A stretch of DNA of 54,855 nt from assembly GCF_001194135.2 (NCBI RefSeq), contig NC_068989.1, positions 51,372,600 to 51,427,454 on the forward strand. The letters run 5' to 3'. This DNA is from Octopus bimaculoides. Its lineage: Eukaryota. This document shows, one piece after another, positions 38,005-51,820 of the stretch. Each line of letters opens with the position of its first letter. Positions within the stretch are counted from its first letter, which is position 1. Below the pieces are notes generated by a model that saw only the letters and a program-made list of their open reading frames with translations, was not told where the DNA came from and searched no databases. The position numbers and the translations under genes are program-made.

Positions 38005-40679
38005 TATCGTCTTCATTGTGTACGCAGCACTTATTTTATCTAAAGCAAGGCATCAGGATGAAAGGCAGTATTCTGGAGGATTTCTAATACAGATATGAAT
38101 GATCAAACTTAAATATAGGAAGCTAATCACGCTGACACAAAATTGCAATCTTCTTCAGTATGAATAAGTTCAGCTCCTGACAGTTATACAAAACTCGACT
38201 GAAAAATGTTCCCCCTGACAAATTATTAGGAATAATTTATTCTGAACTCTGAACGTACATTCCGGGCACTTACTTCACCCTTATATGCACATATTCAGGT
38301 CCACTTTCAGTTTGGAAAGTTCGGAAATCTAACATAAATCTTGATATGAAATAAATATTACAGGGAAATGTTTTTGTTTTATCATATGCTGGTTGATGAC
38401 ACCCAATATGCTTTCAGTAAGCAAATCATATTTGCCTCTGAAATAGTTTTCTGTGTTATTCTCCACTAAATATGTTGTTGGTTGTATATTGGTAAAATGC
38501 ACCTAGTACAATTTAGATATCAGATACATACAAGTTAAATTGATAAATAGCAAAGCCCGTATTCTTATTGACCTTTACAGTTGGCATTGTCAAATATATT
38601 AAGTCCGCTTCCTCAGCGCATGATTATACTTAACTACTTGTCATCGCAATACCAGTACACCCATCATGGAACTTTATATATGAATACCCCTTCGCTGGAG
38701 TTTTCAGTGTTTGTTAAATATTGCCTTGGTCGACGCATTATGGATTAAGGATAAGATTTTACAGGAGCAGTGCAAACATAACTAAATGTTTTTGAAATTC
38801 TATGAGGTACTCCGTCCCATCTCCTTTGTTGAAGATATTAACCTTGATAGCCGGATGTTAATTTCCAACCAACTTTTACATTGGACAAAAGCCAGCTTCA
38901 ATAATATGATTCAAGCAGGCCTTCCATGAATGAACGTGACTTGGGATTTTTCCAGTTGGCGAGGTGCAAACAAATCGACTTCCTTTGTCAATTCCCTGTC
39001 TACTTACTACTACTTGGTCCTCCAGTTCGATGCTTATTGATTGATATTCTTACAATGTTCGGCAACATGAGGTGAGTGATGATTAATTAGACACGCTAAC
39101 ATCTATGAGAGAGGAGATGTAACTCAATTATATTTTGAATGAAAATGCTTTCGATATGTTTCTTTTTATAATGACCAATAATCAAATATCAATATATAAA
39201 TCAGCGATGGAAATTATGAAGAATGACGATAACAACAAGCGTGGCTGAACCAAAATTAAACTACATGATAGGCAATTGAAATCGATTCCAACATTTCGGA
39301 TGGTATACGTGCAAATCAACACAATGAAGACTAGGGTGTATATTATAATTTGGAGCATTTGAGAATCATGAAAAAGATAGACTTTTAATATACCCTGGAA
39401 ATTATCTGACTGCCTAGTTCTAGCAAAACATTAAATATCCAGTGCATGCTGCTCAGAAATGAGCCACCGCGAAGTATGCAGTATTTATATCTCAAATCCT
39501 TCTCAGAAAGTTATATATAGTTTCGAAGTTTGTAAACATATCTCAAATTATTTACAGTAATATATTTCTAAGACAATAGATATCGTTGAAGACGGCCGTT
39601 TCATTAGGGTATCATTTACTGTTACTCAGATATGTCAATTGAAATATTTTGGAAAATTTATGGACATTATTTTAACTAGTTATGTGCGAACTCATTTCCC
39701 CAAGTTTAAAACATTGTAATCTATGCATTCATTTCATTGAGAGAACATATAAATATACTATTAAGCACGCTACATTATATTCATTTCTTGTTATACGATA
39801 TTGTAAAATAATTTTAGCTTGATCATATTTTCTTTCTTTTGGAGAATAGAAAACGAATATGTGTTAGTTGCACGGAGATATATTAATTAGATGCTCCTGG
39901 ACTTAATGAAAGAAATGTAGATAATATCGTACTAATAATTCCGGGTAATTATTACTATATCAAAAGAAAATTAAAAATACGTCAAATATATAATTTCTAA
40001 TATAAAGATATTGTTGCGACAACCTGAAGATATTCGTGAACATTTTAATCAATAGATGCCAGTAAGAAGTAAACTCATAATTTAATCAATCATTTTATAA
40101 AATACTAGATATCAGTTTCAAAATATTTATATCAAAAATATTAAGATGCGAGTTTGATTTGATTCTTGAAAGTCATTTCCAATTAAATTCAACAAATACA
40201 AATTTATAATTTAACTCTCCAGACGCCAAACTAATTGAGAATATTGGATATTCATTACCAATGAAACTTGGGATACTCTGTGAACATAATTCAAAGTGAC
40301 TTATACTATATTAATTCCAATACAACTGGAAGTGACGTAGTAAATACTGTAGAGCGGGGGATTAATTTACTGACAATATTATATTATACTGAATACACTA
40401 TCATTTAAGCTACGAATTTAATATTGTTCTGAGTGTAACGTACCTTTTTATCTTTCAGTATTAGTGTCACACATAAAACCACTCATAGATATTTACGCAT
40501 ATGTACACGTACACAAACACAGACACACACCACACATACACATATACATATAAATATGTGTAAGCGTATATATATATATTTGTGAGTGTGTGTGTGTATG
40601 TGCGTGTGTACTTGGAAATGGATGCGTAGCGTTCAAGTAAATAACATATATATAATATATATATATATGCATATATGGG

Positions 40680-40870
40680 TACGAGACGTTACCATCTGTG
40701 TAAACAACATGAAGTACGAAAACAAACAACAAGAGAAAACATGGAAAACAGAACAAGTAAACACAGCAACAACCATTCATCAGTAGTCGACTGTGTATCT
40801 ACTCCTCATTTCGTGCATTCAACGACAATATGAGTCTTAAAAACAGTTGCTCCCATAAATTCCCAAAATA
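40680..40870. mobile_element. Probable Penelope-like terminal (pLTR) fragment beside (TA)n
   Basis: gtaaacaacatgaagtacgaaaacaaacaac...ccattcatcagtagtcgactgtg...catttcgtgcattcaacgacaa, recognised from memory as a (TA)n-flanked Octopus repeat. Confidence 0.4.
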
Positions 40871-42748
40871 AATCTTGGATTTATGGAGTGTTAAAACCTG
40901 CCTAGTTTATCTTCAATGTATGGAAATGTTAGTGCTCATACCTCCTACAAACTTCATATATTAAAAAATATTTTTTTCCCTCGCCAGATGGAGGAGTACA
41001 TTTGTTGATCTTACCATAACGGAAAGTAAACTATATATATATGTGTGTGTGTGTGTGTGTATGTGTGTGTGTGTGTGTGTGTTTGACTTTGTGTGTAAAG
41101 ATAGATAGACACGTATATATAAATATATATATATATANNNNNNNNNNNNNNNNNNNNNNNNNNNNNNNNNNNNNNNNNNNNNNNNNNNNNNNNNNNNNNN
41201 NNNNNNNNNNNNNNNNNNNNNNNNNNNNNNNNNNNNNNNNNNNNNNNNNNNNNNNNNNNNNNNNNNNNNNNNNNNNNNNNNNNNNNNNNNNNNNNNNNNN
41301 NNNNNNNNNNNNNNNNNNNNNNNNNNNNNNNNNNNNNNNNNNNNNNNNNNNNNNNNNNNNNNNNNNNNNNNNNNNNNNNNNNNNNNNNNNNNNNNNNNNN
41401 NNNNNNNNNNNNNNNNNNNNATATATATATATATATACATAGACACACACACGCAAAGAGAGGGAAATAGAAAACAATAGTAATGAGTATGATAGAAGAT
41501 GACATTATGATACACAACGTGGATTAGTTTAGATATTAGTTTCTGGCATTAAACATCAAACGCCGCGATTATCTTTTTTTAATCCACCTTCTACTTAATA
41601 ACATGAAAAACTGTATCTTCCTATCGTTCCTGATATGTGCTTGTATTAATGCATATTCAACGTTCATCAATTTTACATTATCTCATAAACAAGGAAATGC
41701 GTATCCACTTGCAACGCCATCACACGATGTTGTTTGTGAGACATTTTTGTCTCCGGAGCATCTCATAAAATAAATGTCGTCCCACACACTTTAAGATTTG
41801 GCGGCTGGCTGTTTCCTGTCAGTCCGCATTATTTACATTACCATCGATGAGTTATTTTACTGTACATATTCTCAAGTTATATATTCCACTGTTTTACATT
41901 ACATTTACCAGAAATTTCTTTTGGTGTACTAAGTTTCTTATTATTTAGTACAAGTAAACCTACCTGCCCGAATGAATCTTCCGACAACTGAAATCATCGT
42001 TCACTTTGATTTAATTCTAGTTGTCTCTCACATTTCAGATTCCACCCTAAAATCTCTCCGAATTATATCTCTTGCACATTTACAGACAACCTATAATACC
42101 AAATAATCTCTTCTGATCACAATTTCATTGCTTTCGTAAGCCAATAAGTTTTCAAATTAGACAACAACGCCACTAGAACTACTGATCAAGGCTTTCTAGA
42201 AATAATATGGTAACTTCTTCACCTCTCGTGAATGTATCGTAAAAAGAAAGCTAAATCAAAGCTTCCACTTTTCTAAGGCTGTAACATCCAATTGTACAGA
42301 ATAACATGCCAAACAAGTTGCTTTCGCAGCTAGTCTATGTATCAAAATCGAAAGTATTCTCTTAGTTAACGTTCGGGTTTATATCGTGCAAAGTAAACAT
42401 TTACAGTTGTTGAATGTCTCTACTGATAATTTACACGAGACTTTGAAATAATACTTGCAATATCCGATGAATACCCAAGAGACACATAGAGTGTAATGCG
42501 CAGCTGAGATCTAAGAAGTGATGTAATAAATTAATGGCAATGAATTACATGGAAACGATTTCCACATATTTTATTACTTGTAATAACAGTGAGATTTCGC
42601 CATGTTCGGACAAACGATATTGGTGATGTATACGATAAAAACATGATCCAAATTAACGCTAGTGCTACTCAGAAAAAAGAGAATTTTTAATTAGGTTTTT
42701 GGCAACTAAAGAAAGAGTTGATTAAATCGTTAGATATCCATATTTACA

Positions 42749-43599
42749 TATGCGGGGATCTGATCAATAAGTATACGGACTGTTGCCACAGTAACGAAGC
42801 TAAAGCACGCAGAGTAAAGCTGCTTAGCAAAGATTGACTTTCACCTCTGTTGTGCATGCGCACTAAGTTTTTATCTTCTAGCTCACTTCCGCTTCGAAGT
42901 AATGTGTGATCGTTGCATTGACAATGACAGAGAAAGTTATCATGGCGATACCTGCTCAGAGGCCTACGCGAAGTTGCAGAGCTGTGGAGAGGAGTGCAAG
43001 AGAAGCACACAAGTGTACGAATGGTTCACACGTTTCCAAGATGGCCCACAAAATTTCGATAGTGCCGTATGTTCTGGGAGACCTGCAACCAGCAGAACAG
43101 AGCAAACCATCGTAGATATGCGCGCAGATGTGAGGGGAAATCATCGAATCACCATTCGTGAGTTATCAGAAGATGTGCAGATTAGTTAGGATTCAGTTCA
43201 GTCCAATATATCTCAAAATTTGGGCCCATGTCTGCCAGTTTGTGTTCAGACTGCTTTCAGATGATTAAAAAGACACTCGGTTTTCAGTTGCACAAAATCT
43301 CCTTGACTGTTTCGAAAACGACGAACACTTTTTGAAAACTTTGCGTAGGCCTCTCAGCAGGTATCGCGAAACTTTTGGCAAAATTTGATGCAGATACTCT
43401 GCTCAGCTTACTCTGTCATGGTCATTGCAACGGACACACGTTACTTCCAAGCACCGCTATAAATATCGGAAGTGAGCTAGAACGTTAAAGCGTAGTGCGC
43501 ATGCTCAACAGAGTGGAAGGTCAATCTGTGCCAATCGGCTTCACTCTGCGTGCTTTAGCTTTGTTACTATGGCAACAGTCCGAATACTTATTCACCAGA

Positions 43600-43604
<5 letters not shown>
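42749..43604 (+). mobile_element. Mariner derivative made of two inverted 5' ends (long TIRs that include the transposase start)
   Basis: The left arm 42749-42975 matches the reverse complement of 43338-43604; the interior encodes QVYEWFTRFQDG, SGRPATSRT, RITIRELSED, LLDCFENDEHFLKT. Confidence 0.88.
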
Positions 43605-43653
<49 letters not shown>

Positions 43654-43654
43654 G

Positions 43655-44060
43655 TACAGGTTCTGAACAAAAAGTATCGGAATAGTGTCATAAAGGCAAA
43701 GCTACAACACATCAATTCAGCATTTAATCTCCCCTTCGAAGCAGTCACCTTCTGACGTCATACACTTTAACCAGCATTGTTTCCGCTCATGGAAACATTC
43801 CTGGAATTCCCTTTTAGGGACAGCGACCAACTGCCACATCGCATTCTCTTAGATTTTCTCGACATTTTGGACATCGTTCCTTTCGACTTGAATTTGATTT
43901 TTACATTGGTTTCGGGGTCATAGCCATAAACCTATGAATCATCAGCTGTTATGACCATTTTCAAAAACTCTGGTCTTTCCCGACACAATCTAGAAGATCT
44001 TGCGCAGCTTAAATCCGATCTTCCTTTTGAGACAAACACACTCTACACACTTTACCTCCA
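43655..44060 (-). mobile_element. Mariner 3' half, internally deleted
   Basis: AQDLLDC...FLKMVITADDS*VYGYDPETN joined to the C-terminal FQECFHERKQCWLKCMTSEGDCFEG; TIR near 43655. Confidence 0.85.
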
Positions 44061-47000
44061 AGCACTGTTATAAACAAAAGAAGTGAGTGAGAACGTTATC
44101 ACTTAGTATGCACACGCAACAGATTTTAAGTTCAATGTGTGCCAAATGGCTTAATTTTTTATAATTTAGCTTCGATATACTTTCTTTATTATTTTCATAT
44201 TTGCTACTTAAACATTTAAATACTTTGAGAAAATATCGTCTATATTTCGAAAATATTTGAAGACCTTCCGTCACTCAAATGAAGTTGTTGCGGGTAACAC
44301 TTCCCCAGCATATGCTGATATGTGTGCTTACTCATGAATTTCATTAACATTCTCCTAAGTTTGAAAATATCTTCCTTATTCTTTTAATATTTTTGGAAAT
44401 CGGTGAATCTAATGACAGAACTTGTCTAGCATTTATATGCATTTGTTTGGTTTCATATAAGACTGCTACAATTTAACAGAAATGTTGTCAACAAAACTAT
44501 TTTTTTCAATAAAAGTAAAAAAAGCTGTTTCTTATATTTCGATTTTTTAGAGAAAATTGCAAACATTTAATAAAAATATGAACACATATTTTGATATTTT
44601 GATATTTTGTTTTACTTTATAGCGAAACAATTTCCACCGTCATATCATCAGCTGCTCTTGCTGTTGATAAATATATATGCCTAACTTCTTGCACAAACAT
44701 GTGAATAATATATATTTCTACGAAAAAAAAAACATAGAAATATAACGTTACCTGTAGTTTAGACAATATCTACAAAAATAATAGAACATTAAAATATTTC
44801 CTGATAATTTACGTAATGTTACGACCCACAGTAAGAAAAAACAACGGGTTTGCAGGTGATATAGTCCACTAATATTTTAGATGCACCTAAATTGAAAAAT
44901 GAAAGCAACGTTTTGGATTTACGACAGTTTTGCATAATAGCAACGATATGTATATACAGTCCCGTGTGTGAATGTATGTTCGAGTGTCTTTAACTCAATG
45001 TATGATTCTTAATGTTGTTTTTCGGACTCTTAAGCTATTGAAAGAACAATATCCAGTCTGCTGCATAATTCACTAGTTAATTTTTCAGTAATTCCATAAT
45101 GCCTAGAAAGGCTAAAGGTAAACTTGAAAACCTTTCAAAGGATTCACATTATCCATTCAAATGAACTTGTTTCTAGTAGCTGCGGTTGCTGTTATTGTTA
45201 TTTAACAACATGCCGACTGAAATGGATGCAGAAATATCTTTTTTGTGTATTCTATCAGTATCCGACACGGTTAATGGCATTTAATAAGGTATACAATATC
45301 TAACAAGTCTATATTCTTACGGTTAACAAGCAGTGGTATTTGCAAGACTTGGTAATTTGTAGCATGATGAAATGCTATATATAAACATCTGACGAAATAT
45401 GTGTTGGATTGAGGAATGTGATGAAATATATATATCGAGAAAGATGAACGATTGTTATCTCAATGATGTTTTTCATTGAAACAAGATGCCTATATTATAA
45501 ATGAAGGCGATAATAAATTGAATAAACCTAGTATATTTATTATGTTGTTTAATGAACTCTGAAATGATTAGGATCAAAATTATCCGTGGGTACAGATCAA
45601 AAGGAGATGAAACGAAATAATATAAGTAATTTACACCACTCGTTTATCATGTATGTTACATGAACACATTAAAATGTACGCAACATTGGATATCAGATAA
45701 CATAGTCAGCTATAATTTTCTGGCTTGTAATCATGTCTAACAATTTGCATATGTGCAACCTATTCCAATGGTTATCATCGAAATTACACATTTAATCAAA
45801 TAATCAGAATATATCTCTTCTGCTCAACGCCTCTATATAATGTTCATTTCATTGTGTATTACATATAATAAAATATGATATATTAATTTGAAGCATAATC
45901 ATGCCAACATTAATAATCAGAATAGTCCTAAGGCATTTGATCTTTTCTTTGTAAGAAATTCTTTCTTATTCACCATGACTTTTTTTGAATATTTTTGACT
46001 ACACGATCCTCTGTCAAAGCTAAGAAATATATTTAAATACGAATTTGATAGATTTTCATACAGGAAACCTCTTCATCTAGGTGTATCAAGTTTTCCCCCT
46101 CTCTGAGATGCTTAGACGTACACACACGCTAATCAACAGACAATCACACATATTCATACATTCATACACGCCTACGTACATATATATACATGTGTATACA
46201 CACACACACACACACGTATATTTATATACGTAAATGTATATATATATATACATATAAACATGTATTTGTGTGTGTCTGTGTCTGTGTGTGTCTGTGTGTT
46301 TGTGTATATGCACGTGCGTGTGCATGTGTTTGATTCGCAGTGTTTAAGTTACTTTTCCAATATTTTGGTATCAGATTTGCAAATACTTTTTTCTACTTGC
46401 AGAACAATATATGTATCAATAATACCCAGAAGCAATATTAGTATTTTTTATCATATATAGGATGTAAGAAAAGAAGCTTATGTTAATATACCGAATAATC
46501 ATTACTCTGATATCTATGGTTTAACAAATGGACGCTATTCCTGCAGAAATACTATATATTATCGCATCTTGTTAACAGTATGATTATCAATAATATTATA
46601 TCTGTTCATTGATTTCACATCTAGTCAACGCAATGTTCCTCACAAGTAATATCAGACTATAAAGTTAGTAAAACAATGATAAAAGTTGTGACAATCTTAT
46701 TTGGGTAAGATTTATAGCGGTCCAATATTACACACTCAATATAAAATGGTATAATCTCCGCAACCACTATTTCTCTGATTATTGTTGTAAGCTGGGGGAG
46801 ACATGTAGCGGTAACGGTGACGATCAGTTATCTTTACAGGAAAGAAAAACACAAGTATTTCCTACAGTGTGGGATCCATTAAAAGTAAAGAAATACCAGA
46901 TGTAATTCTAAATTCTTGAATAGCATTTCTACTACTAATCACAAAGAGTAATGTTTCCCTTTCCCAGCTTCCACATAATTCTAATCAACTCTAAATCTTT

Positions 47001-47531
47001 AGTTGATAGGGCGCTATGATACAAAATAAATTTCCAAGTTGCCGCTGAGTTCTCTGCTTGAATATGGTAGCAATTAGGAATAGAATTGCATTTCGTAATT
47101 TCATGCAACTGATTGCACCGAATCAGGATTAAATGAACCGTGCTTTCAGGTAATCTTATAGTTAAAGAATGTGTCCTTAAATTAGAATGTTAAAACCAAT
47201 TTATACATTTTATACACTGACAGACCGTAATAATAAACAGCTTGGATACCATTCATGAAATAAAAAGCAAATTGTTTGTTCTGCTTTAATAAAGAATGGA
47301 GCTTCTTACGCCTCTAATCATTTTGAACGAGTTTTAGCATCTAATCGGTAGTTGTTTCAAGATATTTGGCCAGTCCAACTGTCTTCATTTGGTAACAAAT
47401 TTCAAAGGTCGGTCATGATTCGAACACCTCGGACTCTGGAAAGGTGGAGATGAATCATGTCTGAGTGAGCAAATTGTAAAATGTTTCAATCAGCTTTCTT
47501 TATTTCACTTATATTCCAGTTCAATACGTTG

Positions 47532-47532
<1 letters not shown>

Positions 47533-47579
<47 letters not shown>

Positions 47580-47580
47580 A
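47533..47580. repeat. (ATT)n microsatellite
   Basis: Read directly. Confidence 0.9.
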
Positions 47581-47719
47581 TTTACTGCTGAACACGACAG
47601 ACGTATTTTCGAACGCCTAAAGTAAGTCTTGTTTAAAACTTTAGTTTACGACCATTTGTTGCCGTTTTTTTTTTTTCGCTTAAACATTGTTCCAGTTTGT
47701 TAGCAGACACACTAGGGAA

Positions 47720-49720
47720 CTGGAATTGGGTTCCTATGATTGTCGCGTTGACGGCGGCGGAGACAACGGTGGCAGCAGTAATGTCAGCAACAGAAACGCA
47801 GTTTAGAACAAAATGGATTTTAGCGGAGGAAATAATACTGCAATAAAAGGTGGTGACAGTGGTGTGAAGAGTGAGAACGGTGGAAGTGGCCACAACTCCA
47901 CCACCATCACCACCAACAGTAACAACTGCAGCAGCAGTAACAACAACAACAGCAACAACAGCAGTGTCGACGACATTAACAGCAAAAGAATAGCAAACAC
48001 AAAAACGAAATGTTTACAGTTCTTCTCCCGGACAAAATTCGAGAACATTCAAAAGTAAAAGACATCATCAAATTTCACGGGGATAAGGCATCAGTGATCG
48101 TACCCCACGAAATAACAGAGCTAAAAGGGGGAGAAGACGGTATATTTTAAATTCGTATCATGCAAAAGTAGGAGATCCGAAAGAGTTTCCAGTATACAAA
48201 GAAATTCAGAGCGACTTCCCGCATGATATCGGAAGGCTGAACGTTCCCGACACCAAGAGGATTTAGCCGGTTTTGCAGAGGAACCAGTTCCGAGGCCCCA
48301 GACACCGGATTGCCAACTGCTCCAGGAGGGTAAGTAACCACACTTTTTCTTTTCCTCAACCTTTTCGAGCCGTTGTCATGGCAATTGTGAGACTGACCTG
48401 CATAAATGCTCTCGGTCTGGGGTCATCATGGAAGCAAGGTCGCTTGCTCAATGACCTCAGATTGTTCGATTTGAATGTGATAGCAGCCAATGAGACTAAG
48501 ATTTCCGACACTCGCGATTTTGTACCCATTTTTGACATTTGTAAAATCTACGCATCTCTTAGTCGGCTCGAAATGGCACCCGGGGTGGCAGCGCTGTTTA
48601 GGAAAAGCTAGGATCTCGAAGTTCGGACGATTTTCCTGGAACCGGATGGTAAGTAGGTGGTCCTAAACGTGCGCGACAGTTAAGGTGGTGCCTTTAGACC
48701 AATCGCTGTTTACACCCCCACAGGGGCGGGGTAGCCAGACCTGTTCAGGCGTTTGGAGGTTTTCCTTGAGACGTCATCTTGAGTGGGTGGCTAGAACGCC
48801 ACCTTTACTCACGCCTCGACAGACTGGAACTAGATGAGAGGAGAGGAGGGAGTAAAAGTGTCACAAACCAGCTCAGCCATTCGTAGCTGGCTGACAGGTA
48901 CCGACTGGATTTCGCGAATGAGCCAATGTGGATATGGTTGAATCACATCGGGTCTTCCTTTTCGTATCTAGATAGAGTATTTTGTTGACCTCCAGATGGT
49001 AGTAGTATAAGTTGTCTACGTTTAAAAGTTGTCGGCTACATTGACCATAAATTTGTGATCTGTACGGTCGATATAGATAGGATCCTAGCCAGGGCCCCGG
49101 CTACTGGAAGCTGAACGAGTCCTTCCCAACGCGTTAAGCATTCAGAGACCAGGTTAAGAAGTTAGTCCGCCGAGAGTTGGCGAGTGCAATCATCAACTGC
49201 TGTTGGTGGATAGTCTTGAAAAGGGCTATTAGTGTAGAGGCGGTTTTTTTTTGTAAGAAAATAGCGTTAGAAAAATATAATGTAGAGGGTGACCTAGTTA
49301 GGAAGCTAGAAGAGGCGTTTAGGAAACGCATAGCGACCGAGGTGCTAACAGTGAGATTGAGTCTTGATCAATTCTTGAATGCCTGTCATGAAGATGGCAT
49401 TGTCGGAGCTAAGACCCGTGCACTGAGACAGGAGGAGAAAAAAGCCTTTCGATGGGCCCGGGTGGCAGAGGCGCTTCGTGGAAACAAAGTAACGGCGAGC
49501 TATGATGGGTGCATGATAACCGAGTCCAAGCATAATTTCAGCGGAATTTCAGCGACACTTCACCGAAATGTATAGGGCGAGCGGTGGTTCTGGGACGGTG
49601 GTGGATTTCACCTCCTATCTCAGTAGCATACCGCGCCTCTCATCCAGGGATGAGGATTTCTGCGAAAGGCCGATAACAGCCGAAGATATATGGGATACGA
49701 TGAAGGTCTGCGAAAAGAGA
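47720..49720 (+). mobile_element. Tx1/L1-clade LINE relic (ORF1 remnants and ORF2 AP-endonuclease region), 3'-truncated
   Basis: ORF2 from ATG 48378: LTCINALGL, VIAANETK, GVAALFRK, YLDRVF, DHKFVIC, GPGYWKLNES, WWIVLKRAI. The 47720-48370 part (Asn/Ser-rich) is assigned only by adjacency. Confidence 0.8.
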
Positions 49721-49749
49721 AGTATCCATTAGAGTGGTATAATTGGAGA

Positions 49750-50010
49750 TTTTTATTCCACATTGACATGTCGTGCTTTAGGAAATTTGAAATCACAGGA
49801 AAACATTTGGAAGATGTCCAGCGATTTCAAGATCCATGAAAGCAGTATGCTTTCGAAAGCCATTTTATAATCAATCCATGCAGAACTGAGATTTCTGCGT
49901 TTGTTATGACAGTTCATGCCATTGATTAAGAGGTGGTCTTTGCAGCCATATGAGCCTCGTCGGCACCCTTTTTGTGCAGTGTGGAAAATAGTAAACTGCA
50001 AGATGCCATA
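49750..50010 (-). mobile_element. R4/Dong-like (RLE) LINE reverse-transcriptase fragment
   Basis: QKGCRRGSYGCKDHLLIN...RRNLSSAWIDYKMAFESI..SWILKSL. Confidence 0.85.
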
Positions 50011-50149
50011 CAAATAAGTGTAGACACTTACTTGTAGGTACTAAATTGCCTTCGAGACAGAGCCAGAATGAGAATATGATAATTTTCTTGGAAAAATTTT
50101 GATCAGTCACGATAATATACAAAAGATTCTGTTTTATTCAACGGTGTAC

Positions 50150-50268
50150 ACACACATGCACACATATACACGCATACACACGCACACACATACGTATATG
50201 CATATATATATGTAGATAGATAGATAGATAGATAGACCAAAAAGATGGACAGACAGATAGATAGATAA

Positions 50269-50320
<52 letters not shown>

Positions 50321-50330
50321 TTAGATAAAT
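50150..50330. repeat. (CA)n/(TA)n/(GATA)n microsatellite cluster
   Basis: Read directly. Confidence 0.9.
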
Positions 50331-50478
50331 ATTTATCCTAACAACCAGTACAATATATGTGTATATATTTTCTCTTATATCGTACTATATATTCTATATG
50401 TTTTGTAGAATGATACACTATGGAGCTTTTTTTTATGAGTACAATTGTACTAATTTAATCTATGTATTGTGACTTAAT

Positions 50479-50519
<41 letters not shown>

Positions 50520-51509
50520 CAAATAAGAGCAGAGAGGATGACATACGGAGCGAAAGAGAGAAGAAGAAAGATGGGGGAGCTAAAGAGAGAGAGGGAGAGG
50601 GAGTGAAAAAGAGAGTGCCATTTGGTAAATTGTTTGAAGTAAGTAGGAAAATAACAAAAATATATGTACAAGGCGTTGTCACTAACTTTTACAGAAATGT
50701 TGTAAGCTAACGTGACGAATACACTATTTGTAATTATAAACAATATCAACATAATATTAAAAAACAAGCACGTCTTCAGACATAACTGTATATTTGCTTA
50801 AGTTAAAACGTGCGACAAATGTACGAGCTCGGTTATATGTACTTTATATTCACGTGTTTCATATGCCACTAATCGTACCAGTATTTTAATCATGACAATA
50901 ACGTTGATGTAGAATATATGTCGTGATATAAGAATATATATAATTTTGGTGGAATATGAATTAATGTAATCACACCTACCTGGAATTTTTCTTTACAATG
51001 TTTTTCTATTATGTCTACCTGTATTCATAAGATTACAGAGCTCTATTCTGGAAGTAATTGAGATTTATAATGAGATATCAATTACTGCGAGAGATTATAT
51101 ATGATAGGGAAAATCAACAATATATATAATGATCGAAGTGGGTGAAGTAAGAGAGCACGTGTAAGAAAACTAATTACTTTGTAAAATACCTGCGAGCCTA
51201 GAAAGTAAACCAAATTAAGGAGATAAGAGATACCGATCTTAGCAATGCAGCCATTTGTATATTATGATATACATTTAAGAAAATAAAAAATATAAATAAA
51301 GCATTAAACATTAATAAGAATTATCTTTGATAATATTTGTTGTTATAGTAGTAGCATTTATATTTATATTTAAAGGTATTTTTAAAGCAAACTGTTAAAT
51401 ATATATATGGAATTATGAGTGCCATATCAGGTTTAGGAGTCTAGATATTTGCTCAAAAGATAGAGGAGTCAATTATAATACATACATTATGTTTATGATC
51501 CCTTACGAT

Positions 51510-51820
51510 CATGAACGATCATGGGATTGCACCTAGAATGTTTCCCTTCGAGGTACATCCCGCGCTGTTTTATGAAAGGCTAACAGTCACCTATGCATAC
51601 CAGTCTGCCCTCTCCAAGGCACCAATGTTATCCAAAACAAAGGCAAAGGCCAATATATTTTGGCACCGTTGACGTCGCATCTCATTTCTACAGCTGAGTG
51701 AACTGAAGCATCGTGAAATAAAGTGTCTTGCTCAAGAAAACAACAAACGGCCTGGTTCGGGAGTCGAACTTACAAGCTCATGATTGTGAGCCCGACACTA
51801 ACAATTAAGCTGTGCACCTT
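51510..51820 (-). mobile_element. tRNA-derived SINE family 3 with a CORE-like central domain
   Basis: Minus-strand head with B-box-like gtaagttcgactcc; central tcttgagcaagacacttta...cagttcactcagctgtagaaatg. Confidence 0.75.

Noticed and set aside
40770-40835. Minus-strand GAAA followed by CTGATGA (possible type II hammerhead)
   Set aside because: Stems I and II cannot be formed convincingly in this copy.
528-41517. Long ORFs of 130-440 aa in the ORF track that contain X runs
   Set aside because: They are open only because they cross N-gaps and stop-free microsatellites; they are not genes.
43905-43950. Minus-strand CTGATGA...tcatag/ctatga stem...GAAA resembling a hammerhead
   Set aside because: It is mariner coding sequence (ITADDS*VYGYDPET), and there is no valid stem III-UH-stem I.
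47813-48058. 81-aa Gly/Asn/Ser-rich ORF as a host gene
   Set aside because: It is low-complexity (AAC/AGC repeats), lies directly upstream of the Tx1/L1 ORF2, and is more simply explained as LINE 5'/ORF1 sequence.
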